Source of the DNA: Phoronis australis
Lineage: Eukaryota > Animalia > Phoronida
Assembly (NCBI GenBank): GCA_002633005.1
Contig: NMRA01000137.1
Span: 124,001 to 188,000, forward strand
DNA: 64,000 bases
Reading direction: 5' to 3'
Shown here: positions 26,946 to 50,800 of the stretch, one piece after another
Position numbering within the stretch: the first letter of the stretch is position 1
Layout: every line of letters starts with the position of its first letter
The notes under the pieces: generated by a model
What the model was told of the DNA's origin: nothing
The model's input: the letters and a program-made list of their open reading frames with translations, nothing else
Database searches by the model: none
Translations under genes and position numbers: made by a program

Positions 26946-29900
26946 CTGCCCCCCCATAACAACCACTGGCCTCAATCTGAACCAATACTTTTTCAACACT
27001 AAGAGGCATAAATCAAAGTTGGTTTTTCTATTTTTAATAAAAGGCATAGGAAATATTATTGCATCTTTAATTTCTGTTCGATATTTTATGTAAGGTCCAT
27101 GATAACTTTTTAGGACAAAAATTACAGGTGAAATTAAACTATTTTTAAATATGATTAATCCAGCCATTTATGGAGGTCAGGTCAAATAAGCCAAAAAGTA
27201 GGTCAACTATGTATGTCTTCAATGAATCAAATGTTTAGCTTGTTCTAACTGACCTTAAAATTGCGGAGTTAATCACAAAAGATTCAGGGTGATTATTTTG
27301 AAACTCCAAAGCCTTCACACAATTTAGTAGATGTCAACCATGGAGGAAACACAAATTCAAAAAGCTATTTCAAACCATTTTAGGCCATGACCTAATTTCA
27401 ATGACTCACACCTGAAAAGGTACACTCCAGGTAAGTAATCTCGCTTCAATCAAACAATGAAGAACTGGATTAAGAACGGTGTGTCAAATGTCATCACTAG
27501 AGATGATATCACATTGTCATTTGAAAAATAAATTCGACCATCTTTAGTCCTACTGAGACGAAAACACGGCAAAGGTGCAGAACCCGCCGGACGAATAGCA
27601 GATAACCGCCATGTTGAAATACACGAATCAGTTCAATCTCGACAAGTTAACATTAGTGGTCACAAGTGTCATCTACTTGTCTAGAGACGTGTGTTTGACA
27701 GTTCAATCAAAACGTACGCATTTTGGTAGTTTGAAAGTCACGTACCTACCCTGTTTGCTTCGTTACCAGATATCCGACCGGAAAGACGACACCTGTTAGA
27801 TTACAAACGAGAGAGCCCAAATTCTGTGGCGGATAACGTCATACCTGGATAGGTCACGTGAAAGCGTCTTTGTCCAATCAACGTATGAGTTGAAAATTTT
27901 ACCTTTACGCTTGGTGTCACCTCAGTGTGGCCTGCGGATAGTCGTAGACCAGATTCCGGAGGGCTAAGTACGAACAGCAACAAAGCTGCAGAAACTGTCT
28001 GAAACACTTACTAGGCTCCGTTTATCGTACTTAATCAATTCGGTAACGATTTCTTCGTGTTTTGCAGGATTGGGCCTATGAGGGACACAATAAATTAGAG
28101 TCAATTCAGCAGCCGTTAGAGATGTGCCAACTACGTCTTCAGTTGACGCCAAATAAATACGTATGTCGTTGACAAAAACGCGAAAACAGTCAATATAGCT
28201 GTTTTTAGTCGTAAGTTATTTTCCAAAACTTTTCAGTGAATGCTCTTGAAGAGATTGAAACCCCCTCTAAGTCTCCTTCCCCCACACTTATTTCAATGCT
28301 GCGCCGCCCATGCGTAAGTCGCCGGCCGGGGTTCAGACTCACTCAATGCTACCTAATGAAGGACAAAACTCCTCGCTTATAAGGACGGACCACTGTCTTT
28401 TTGTAGTTGAGAAATAAACTCTAAGTAGTGGAACTGACGAAGGTGCCTTATGTATGCATCGACACTTTTTATACTTTGATCTTACGGTTAGTATGTAATT
28501 ACACCATAGTCAGTTTCGGCTAGGCATTTTAACTGAAGCCAAGTTGTCGGTGTAAAGTCAGGCCGAACCATGCAGCCGGGCACAATGGGAATTTTGAAAA
28601 AATGTCCCATTGGCTTATTTTCGCTTACGGAGCGTATTTTCGGAAACTGTGTTAATATGTTATGAAGCACTTGTGAAGCAAATAATTATCATTGAGACTA
28701 TTTCTAAAATGCGGGACCCGAGGCTCCAGCGGACTAATAAGGAAACTACAGTCGAGTGATAGCGACAGTTGGAAGTGAGACCGTAGACAAGAGCATTACT
28801 GAACCTTTGACGTATACAGCAAACATTTTTGTGCAGTTTAGTGTAATGTATGTTGTTGTATATCACTGGTAAGAACTTTATTCGTCCATACTTATTTCGC
28901 ATTCAGCAAACATAGTGCATTAATAAAACTGCCCTTCCTATAGTACTTGAGTTAGTTACCAAGGGAATTACCCAATATCTCATTAAATGACATCCATTTC
29001 TGTGAAATCGCGATCCCAAAATGTAATAATATCTTGCCAAAATAGAAAAATTACATCAAAACAGTGCGTAGGTCTAGTTTGGTGACAATTTAACAGATTT
29101 ACAAAACAGTTACCGAAAATACGGCCATCTGATGGGCGCACTTTTGAACAATTTTCCCAAAATACGCCCGTGGGCATATTTTCGGAAATTCCCAGCCTGT
29201 AACTAATGCCATCGTTGCAGCCTGCTGATTCAAGAGGTCTAACGTGACAATTCTCCTCAATTCATCGAGCGGTGCCTTTCCCGCCAGTGACACGACATTT
29301 GTCTCGTAACCGGCCGGTGATTTCAACGTCAAGTTAATCAGTGTCAATGCCGTGGCACTTTTGCATTTTAATATGTCTAAATTTAATGTGACATCCCATG
29401 TAAAAATAACCTCCAACCTATAAGTGGTAGGGCCTAAGTCAGTGTTTCCCCACCCTCGTGGATGAATTGTGATCATATTTGATTGTAAACAATGGAAAAC
29501 AAACCAGGTCCTATTTACAAAACCATTTTAAAGGATTAAAAATCTAAACACTCGAGAAAGTAACCTTCACAACGCTTTCAACAAGATAAAATAACACGGT
29601 TGGGTCGATATTTGCAGAGATGAAATATCAACTAGAATAACAACACTGTCTGATTACACGGCTTTCGAACGATTTCGACTATTGTGATTATATTTCCACT
29701 TCCATTACTTAAGGGTTCTTCTCATACAATAGACAAGTTCAATAGGCAGTGCACGCGGAGATTTTCAAGCTTTGGGGCAACCGACTAATGGTGTAGAATA
29801 CCCCAGGATGGAATTCCTCAACGACTTAATCTCACAACTGGAGTATGAAACCAATCTCGGGCACATGAGGGATTGCAGAGAAAGGATCGAAGTCGCTTTT

Positions 29901-31440
29901 GAGATTGTGACATACCGCCTTCCTGGTGCCGAATGCATAAATTCTTATAGAAATGAGTGCAGAAGCTGTATCTGAAGAATTTTAGCACGTCATTGATATT
30001 TTCAATGAAGACATAGTAACGAATGTCACAAAAAACAGGTAGAACTGCGAACTTTAAGGGATGAGGGACCAAACTTGGTAATTAAAGTTGGAAGAAATAT
30101 TTAAGGCATCAAACCAGTGGTTCCTGTCAAAAACAAGCACGTGACCTGATATTATTTTATGACATTGGCCTGAAGAAACAACGACATGCCAGAGCCCTGT
30201 GACCAATTTTATAACGGTTAATAGCCTAAATCAAAACTTTTTGACAGAAAACACCGGTTAAAGCCGCTTAATAGTTCCACTTTGGTTTTGAGATTCACTG
30301 AAGCCACAGCATTATTTTTGATAACGCCTGTCCGTGAAATCGCTGCGAAAACGATTTAATGATGGTGAACTTCGTTCAATGTAAATTTTAAGTGGCTAAA
30401 TTAAAGTTAATGAAATTCCAGCAATGTCTGTTGCGGAATACTGGTTATGTGCATTTCAAGCGTGGGTATCAGAGGCGCACCGGGAGGATAGTCTATGTGA
30501 CAAAATCAAAATTAGTAGGCTTACAAATAATGTAAAAGACAATAGTTATGGTGTCCAACACCCTTCTCCAAAGCAATACAGTAAATGTCGGCCCTCATTA
30601 TCAGTTCCATTCCAGGGAGCGACTTGAGATTCCCACCTGAGTCAAGTTTTTACAAGTTGATATTAAGGTTTTCAGGCGTACTCACGATTGCCACAAACCA
30701 TTTGCATATTGATGGATCATCTCATGTCTTTGTTGAGAACCAAAAAGCTAAACACAAAAATATGCAATTGCATTATAGAGCACTGTATTGAAAGAAAATT
30801 TCCAGGACTCTAGCTCCAACAGCCCCCCCCCCCCCANATAGATGCTGATCTACACCTCCCAATTCTCCAACACGCCCCCTATTTTTCACGAGATTCGAGC
30901 TCCCCTGCCCTCTGGTAGCCACAGATGTTGATCTACACCTCCCTCTTCCCAATAATTTTTTCTCTCCCGGTCGTAAGTTTTTATCATCCCCTTGTCCTAG
31001 CCACAGCTATTTTACCCTGCCCAAGTTCTAAAAAAAAACTGGCCTTGTTTTTTCGCGAGGAGGACTTGAGCTGTGGCTTCGTTAAATTAATGGATAACCT
31101 GTCACTACAAGAGATGGGCGCTTCTACTGTAGTATAACTGTGCCACTCAATTAGTGTACAAATCCCAGACTAGGCAAAATCTCTACCACAACACTTTCCT
31201 GATGCCCGGGAGCAGGAGTAAATTCACAGTGGGAGGTAACTTTGGCGCCGTTATGAACTTACGTTCCATCAAAGAAACAAAATTTTTGATTCACACTATA
31301 TACTGCTTTCTGATCACAAATCATTCAGAGAAGTGGTTTCTGCACTTGCATTCATTGCTCAAAAGAAAAAAAATGACCCGCCATGACAAGTCATTGGTCT
31401 CAAGGAGTAAGGAACTCGCATATTTTCAAGCTCAGCCTCC

Positions 31441-31568
31441 CGTTCAGTAACGCTAGAACCTCGCTAAAAAGCAAGACTTCGCGAGATTAGTAAGATGTTG
31501 CCATGTACTTTAAATATGAGCACCTGACTTTGGCTAGATTTTCGCTCGGTTCTAGCGTTACTGAACGC
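31441..31568. mobile_element. Short foldback/MITE
   Basis: 20-bp perfect inverted repeat CGTTCAGTAACGCTAGAACC / GGTTCTAGCGTTACTGAACG. Confidence 0.65.
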
Positions 31569-32693
31569 ACGCCAGGTATCACTTTCCAGGTAGGAACAAG
31601 TTGAGATTTTGTGACTTCTACCAGCTCGCACTAAGGTGAGCACAGTTGAATGAACAACCGCCTAGTTCATTCAATTATTGTATTTTTCCTCCTTAAGGAG
31701 TCACCACTCACTCAAGGTTCACATGAGGCAGACAGTTCAGCTCCTCGCTCTCAGTCTGCACCATGGTGCCTTATCAGTCTTTTTGTCTAAATATGTAATC
31801 AAAAAGAATTTTTTTCTTGATTGTTTTTCTGGTCTCAAAAGGGTTTCTAAGATGACAGTTTGTCTTTTGTTAGAGCTCAGACAACTATTTTGAAGCTTGA
31901 AAAATCCATGTGCCCTCAAACATATTAAAAATAATCCCCACCACCATTCTTTTTGGTCACTTGGAGACCATTCTTTTTGTCAATTAATGTCAAACAATAT
32001 TTTAAAGGAAATAATACAATAAAACCTTAGCCCTCCTCAAGAAATGCCATGTGTTGATAATATCTCCGAAAGAATTCAACTTAGGGCAACACTCATTTAC
32101 AGGATCCCGCATTTTGAGAACCAGATTGACACCCATTACTTAGAGGAAGAAAACTGGTCCCGCAGACATCCATGCAAGAGAATATTACCCAACTTACAGT
32201 AGAAAAGACATCTTTGACACAATAAATAGGATTGTTATTTCCTCCACAGCACTTTTACACTATCTTGGCATTCATGACTGTGCCAAAAGCTAGGCAAAAT
32301 ATTCACAATTTATAACTAGCCTTTACTAGTACACTTATATACACTACTTGAATGTTCTAAGATGATCGCAATCACGTCTTTTTACGAGACTTGTGTTGTC
32401 CAGCATGACTTGCCTGTTCTGTAACTTGTCAAACAGCTGTTGTCGAAGGAAAACGAAACCTCGTTTCGACTATTCTGCAACCAGAGTTTTGCCGCAATTA
32501 CATAAGCAACTCGGCCATTCTCAATCAAAACTTCAGAATGAACTTCAAATGCATTAATATTCCGAAAATAAGACCCCGATGGTAGGTGCAAAAATGCGGT
32601 TAAATGCTCAGATCAGATATCCACACAGTCCAAGAGCAGATTTTACGAGGTCAATATGCGAGGATTCTGAAACAGTTATGGTGGTACTGGTGG

Positions 32694-45093
<12,400 letters not shown>

Positions 45094-45640
45094 CTTCAAG
45101 GTAAAAATGGCGGAGGGTTGCGACTAAGGCGCCACCTACATTCTCGCAACTTGGACGAGATGATGTGCGTGAACTTGAAATCCTGCTTAGTCTCAAGATC
45201 GCATATATGCGGACTTGGGCTTAAATATTCAATAAGGCAATAAGGTGTTGTAATTCGCGACGAGGGCATTTTTTTGTTCAGTGAAAAGAATTTTTTAAAT
45301 TATTGGCGTCACGATTACCCATTTTGTCCTTTACCGTAACTTGTGTCACACAATCGGAGGAACATTTGAATGGTTAAATCAATTATTGTTTGGTGAAATA
45401 GATCACCAATAGTTAAAAAAATGGTGGTTAAAATATACATTGTTTTTAATAAATTGTAAGTTGCTTTAGTACCGTGCAAATGTGAACGTGATTATTTGAG
45501 TGAACGTGTCAAGTTCCAGTTCCCTCGCGTCCTGACTCGCGTATTCCAACTTCACGCATACGCGATCTTGAGATCAAGCAGGATTCCAAGTTCACGCACA
45601 GCTGAGATTTCCAGTTAGGCTCAAAACACTGAGAAGAGGC
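45094..45640. promoter_or_regulatory. DLD/EEA1 bidirectional promoter
   Basis: 547 bp between the divergent ATGs. Locally CpG-rich, with a YY1-like AAAATGGCGG at 45104-45113. Confidence 0.75.
45164..45600. repeat. Inverted-repeat (MITE/foldback-like) element inside the bidirectional promoter
   Basis: 45164-45206 matches the reverse complement of 45558-45600 at 39 of 43 positions. No clean TSD. Confidence 0.75.
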
Positions 45641-45679
45641 ATGTTTCGAAAGTTATTGAACAAAAAGGATTCTGCTAAG
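45641..45679 (+). CDS. EEA1: EEA1 exon 1 (MFRKLLNKKDSAK)
   Basis: ATG at 45641, AAG|gtagat donor. Resembles the vertebrate start MLRRILQR. Confidence 0.75.
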
Positions 45680-47858
45680 GTAGATCGTGTTTTAAAACCT
45701 TTAGCTCGTTCATATATTTTCTTGTAGTTCCCACGACAACCGGGCATTCATAATTTTGTTTTCCTCTGTTTTTAGGAACAGAATTCCCGATCATCGCCGG
45801 CTCGGGGTCGTCCTCCGGACGGGGGGAGTGTCTCTGATCGTCCCGATGAGGTAAGCCACAATTAGCTATGCTGCAACGTTGCGCGTTGTTCATATGTGGT
45901 TGCTGACTAATTATGCATCATGTCGGCATATGGAAGTCATGTGGCACTGGTCAGATGTAAGATCCTTGATAAGAGAACCAGGTAATCACTGAAAAAATGC
46001 GCCTGTTGCCAGTGTTGTGCATTTTGGGCTTCGTTCACGAAGTTCACGAGGAGGCAATTAGGCTGCACAGTGGCTTAGAATTTTAAGGACCATTGCTTAT
46101 CATGTGTGTCGTTCACACACACAGGTGAGCGAAAACAGCTAGTTCTTTGTGAGACCTGCTTGTAGTCATCAACTGTCCCAGCTGGACTTTGTAACTAAAC
46201 ACTAGCTTTACAAAGTGTTTCTAGTCCTGGTTGAGAAGACAATAATTGTTTCATTACCCACTATGGATTCTGACTAGCCATGCCTGAAATATATTCAGTA
46301 GATGAAACTGATTCTCCCAATTAGGGACCGCTACATTCAGAACATCCGACCAGTATCACAGGAGTTAAGGTTGACCGCCATGATCTTTCACCTTGTGTAT
46401 TTCAGGGTTTTCTCTGCCCCATTTGTAAACACACTTCAGCGTCACCCGCTGCATTGCAAGACCATTTTGATAAAGTCCATGACAAACCCCAGGATGAGGT
46501 ATACTGTACTGTCTCCAGCATGGGTTGTTGTAGTTATAGCCTCATGTTATGCTCTTGTGTGCAGTGATGCTGGTGGTGTGTCAAAGTCGCCTATACTTTT
46601 TCTTGGTTCAACCTATAGAGATCCCCCGTGGGTGCTGCCTCCTCTCGGCATAGCTGGCAGACGAGTGACCTGTGTGTTTCTGCACGTTTACCACAATGGA
46701 GTTCACTTTGGTTCAGTTTCATTGACTGAATGAATGTCTATGCAGGAAGAAAATATTTGATTGCTTTATTATTTGTTTGTGTTAGAGGAAGTAAAGTCTT
46801 CAACTGCCTCCAAATGTGGCCATCTACACTTAAAAGGTACACATAGTAACACTGTTGCCAAATTTAAGCATAATTTTCAGAATTCCTTCAGGCATCCAAG
46901 ATGAATTAGGATGTGCTGCTGCTTAGATTCAGCCCGGAATTCCATTGACCAGCAGAACCGGAGTCAAGCATCCCAACTGTTTGGCAAATAAGCACTCCCC
47001 CCATTGGCAAGCAATATAGAGAGATTTTATTGCACAACACAACCGCAAGTGGCATGATACAGCACTCCTTACCTTTCTGCAAAGCAAGCACGCCTTCTTG
47101 TTTTGGTTCTCAGCAAGGAATGTGCAATTGGAAACTCTCCCTTCACTGTATCCTGGAATTGCTCTCAGCGATGCTTTCCTTTATGTCCTGGATCCACCAA
47201 AACCAGGGGTCTGTTTCTTAAAAAGTGACTTAAGACCTAAGTCAGAAATTCGGTCTTATAGCTTCACTTTGTACTGGCATAAGTCTTGAGTGACTTTACA
47301 TAGGACAGAGCCCACGCCGACACCATCCTCATTCGCCACTTGAAACCCTTACATATCTTTCAGGGTGTCCTGGGTCTCAGCTGGGTACCAGTGCTATGAA
47401 AGTCGTACAATATTTTTCTTAGCTCAGGTTGGAATAGAACCAGTGAACCCCTGAACCAGAGTGAAGCATCCAAGCCTTTTGGCCAATTAGCAATTGCTCA
47501 TTTGCAAGCCATTTAGAGAGACTTTTGAGCACAATAGAGCTTGAAGTCACATGATACAATGTGAGGGTGTAAATAATATGGTTCATGAATGCTAGCTGGA
47601 GGATACACAGTTACCAATGAGGCTTTTTAATTCACAAACAAGGGGCTGGAGATCTCATGTCAAATTCAAAATCCAGCCCATCACAAAACTTGTATAATCA
47701 GGAGACAAATACCCAAGACTATACCAAGGGATGAAAAATCCCAGACAACACCAACACCATTTACCTGTTTTTGGAACTTTCTGGAAAACAGGAAATGTTC
47801 TGCATGTGGTGTTTGCTGATACACTACTAACCTATTAACCTTTTGTTCACCTGGATGG

Positions 47859-47891
<33 letters not shown>

Positions 47892-50800
47892 TAGTTGTTG
47901 TTGCCTAAGAATTGCTCTTCCATGTATGATAAAATCCCATCAATTTCAGACGATTTTAACCAAAATTGCTCTTCTTTAATTTTTCAAGAGCTTCATACGT
48001 TCTTGTGAATGCCCACAATTTTTCAAAGCTGTCTGTTAGCTGAGGGATGACCTCGGAAAACCAATTAATTTTTCATGAAATAATGATATAATAAAGCATC
48101 ACTTGTCAGCCATACTGCTTCACTTGTCAGCCACATTGCGTCCCTAATTAGCGAGATTTTACTAACTAACATATATTTGTATTCATTTTTCTATGAATGC
48201 ATGCTATTTGTCAAAACATTGTCTTGCTGCAACTGTGGTATGGGAGATAAAAAGATACACTGCTTGTTTATTTTGTGCCACTAATTTTATTTGCCATATT
48301 GTGTCATTGGTTTCCTTTATGTGGAAGATTCTTGTTTTGTGCCTGTTTTTTCTTCTGTTTGGTCTTTATTAATCATAAGTGCACCAGATATTTCATGATT
48401 CCACAATAAGGGTTTAAGTTTTTAAATTTTGCCGAGAACTTTTATCCAAATTCGAAACCAATCTTATGGCAGTAGTGGTTTAAAATGGTGTTTTTGGGGA
48501 AAAATTGGTAGAAATATTTTGGCTATAAACATGGTACACCACTTTGCTGTTTCTCTTATCCGTTGTGAAGTCTAGTTATTGTTAAATATTTTAATTTTAC
48601 AATGTCTGTTGTAGAGAATGGGAATATTCGTTTCTATACAAAAACTCCATTTCAATATTATTTATTAACATATGGATTCTTGTGACTATCTACTTTGATT
48701 CACATACAACATTGATTTGTTTTACCTGACCATAAAGGTGGTGTGTGGATGAAATACAGCGTTGGAATGCGCACAATGTGACAGACATATCAAGATTATT
48801 TTTTGTCAAATTTCTCGATAAATATATTAATTTAGTTTTTTGTTGAAATATGTGAAGAAATATCCGTATATGCATTGTATAATTTACACTATCCAATGAA
48901 TTTTGTATCATGACTATGAATATAAAATAAATTTTAAATAAAAGTGATCTCTAAATATGTCTATTGAGGAATGGCCATAATAAACTCTCCTATTCTTGTA
49001 CGAAGGCCTTATCTTCAACCATTGTCTCTTCCCCCAGGGATTTCTCTGCCCCATTTGTATGAAGGCATTGCCGTCTTCGGCAGAGCTACAAGCGCATTTC
49101 GAGGCCGTTCACGATGAATCCAAACAGTTTATCTGCCCCTTGTGTATGCAGGCATTTGCCACATCTGAGCTGCTGCAGAAACACTACCAGTCTACACATG
49201 AGAGTCCACCATCAGCTAACAGGTGGGTATGGTACTGTTGACTGGTTTGAAATTTTATTTACAAATTTAACGATTTAAACGCACTGTGCACTCAAAAAAC
49301 AAAAATGAGACGCTCACAATTATCGTTCGAGTCTAGATAAGCACAAAACCCTCAAATGTATTGTAACTTGATTGCCTGTTTTGAGATAGTTTCCTAATTT
49401 AAATCTCTTCTACATAAGTAAACATTTGTGTATAGCATTGAATGAGCCAAGACATATCATTGAAGTTTTGTTTGTGTTCCCATTTGGATGATGCCTCTCA
49501 GACAAATTCAGTTTTAACCTGTTCGATTGATTGTCACTGGGTACATACAGTAAAGATTCCTCAAATCTGAGCAGCGTAATTGCCAAAAATATCATTCTCC
49601 CTTTTTTCAAAAGCTCACTGTTTTGTTAAAAGTGTTCAAAATTCCAATGTGTGTTACTTGATAGCCTTACAACATGAAATTTTCAAATAATGAAGTGAAG
49701 TTTTCTTCCGGTTTTCCAGTTAATGTTTGCTGAAAATTGCAATGAAATAACGTTTCACTGTACGAGTGTATTCTGTACTAAATTGAAAACAATTTGCTGT
49801 ATCATTCATTGTACACTCACTGACTACAGTAAGAATATATAATTCTTGATAAAAGAAAGAAAGAATGCGGTAGAAATCAGATTTGATAGATAATGTGGCT
49901 GTGGTCCACATACATGTGACTTTCAAGTGCATCTATGAGAATAAAATTGAGCTATTCATGCCATGGTAGTATCTTACCTTATTACACCAAGATCAGGCTA
50001 GGCGAGGTGCCTTACCCCAGCCAAGCAGCAAGTCAAGCCTGTTCCTGAAGACATACCCGAGTTGTTTGAGGGTGTAAATCTTCCTTAGAAAGTAGTGCAC
50101 CTGTAATTATCTCCCCCAGATTATTGCATTGGAAACACAGAGGGTATGGTAATCCGTCGTCTGCAGGTGATCAGGGTGAATGGGCAACTTATATGCCAGG
50201 TGTCGCAAAAACATTGTGCAAATTTGATTTCTATACTAGTCCATTGCATGAAACATATGAGTCAAACTCTCACAAACCTTGTCTACTGACATATCAATGT
50301 GAATATACAGACTATGAGACCTCGGTTCTAAAAATATGAACATAATGTATTTCAGGGATGGTGATGTGTCGACTCTGCGTCAAGAACTTGATGAACTGCG
50401 CACCTCTCTTAAGGTTGATTGTTATATCTTAAACATGAATCTATTGAGGGTTGTTTAAGTAAAACCACTATTACTTTGGGACATCTCGTTTAATGCAGGG
50501 GCGAGTGTTGAATTTTTGATTTAATTTTACAATGGTCGCAAAAGTTGGTGAAATAGGCATTAAATTCAAACTGAATTCCTGTTTTTTGTGGTGATACTGT
50601 GATTGGTAAGTACCTCATAGGTATTAATTTTAGGTTAAATCACCCTGCTTCCTTCATACTTGGAAGTTGACGTTTTTGACTAGCTCATGTTGCACTCAAT
50701 ATAACTTTAATTTCAAGTTTATTTCAAGCATGTTTAATACATGTATTGATGTTTTTGGACTGGCTACCATACTTGCATCTCGGTATTTTGTTTTTAAAAC

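Noticed and set aside
30823-30943. Poly-C run, N30837 and a 21-bp direct repeat
   Set aside because: This is gap-adjacent low-complexity sequence, and no structure can be supported.
46302-46733. 143-aa plus-strand ORF
   Set aside because: It overlaps EEA1 exon 3 in a different frame and has no recognisable domain.
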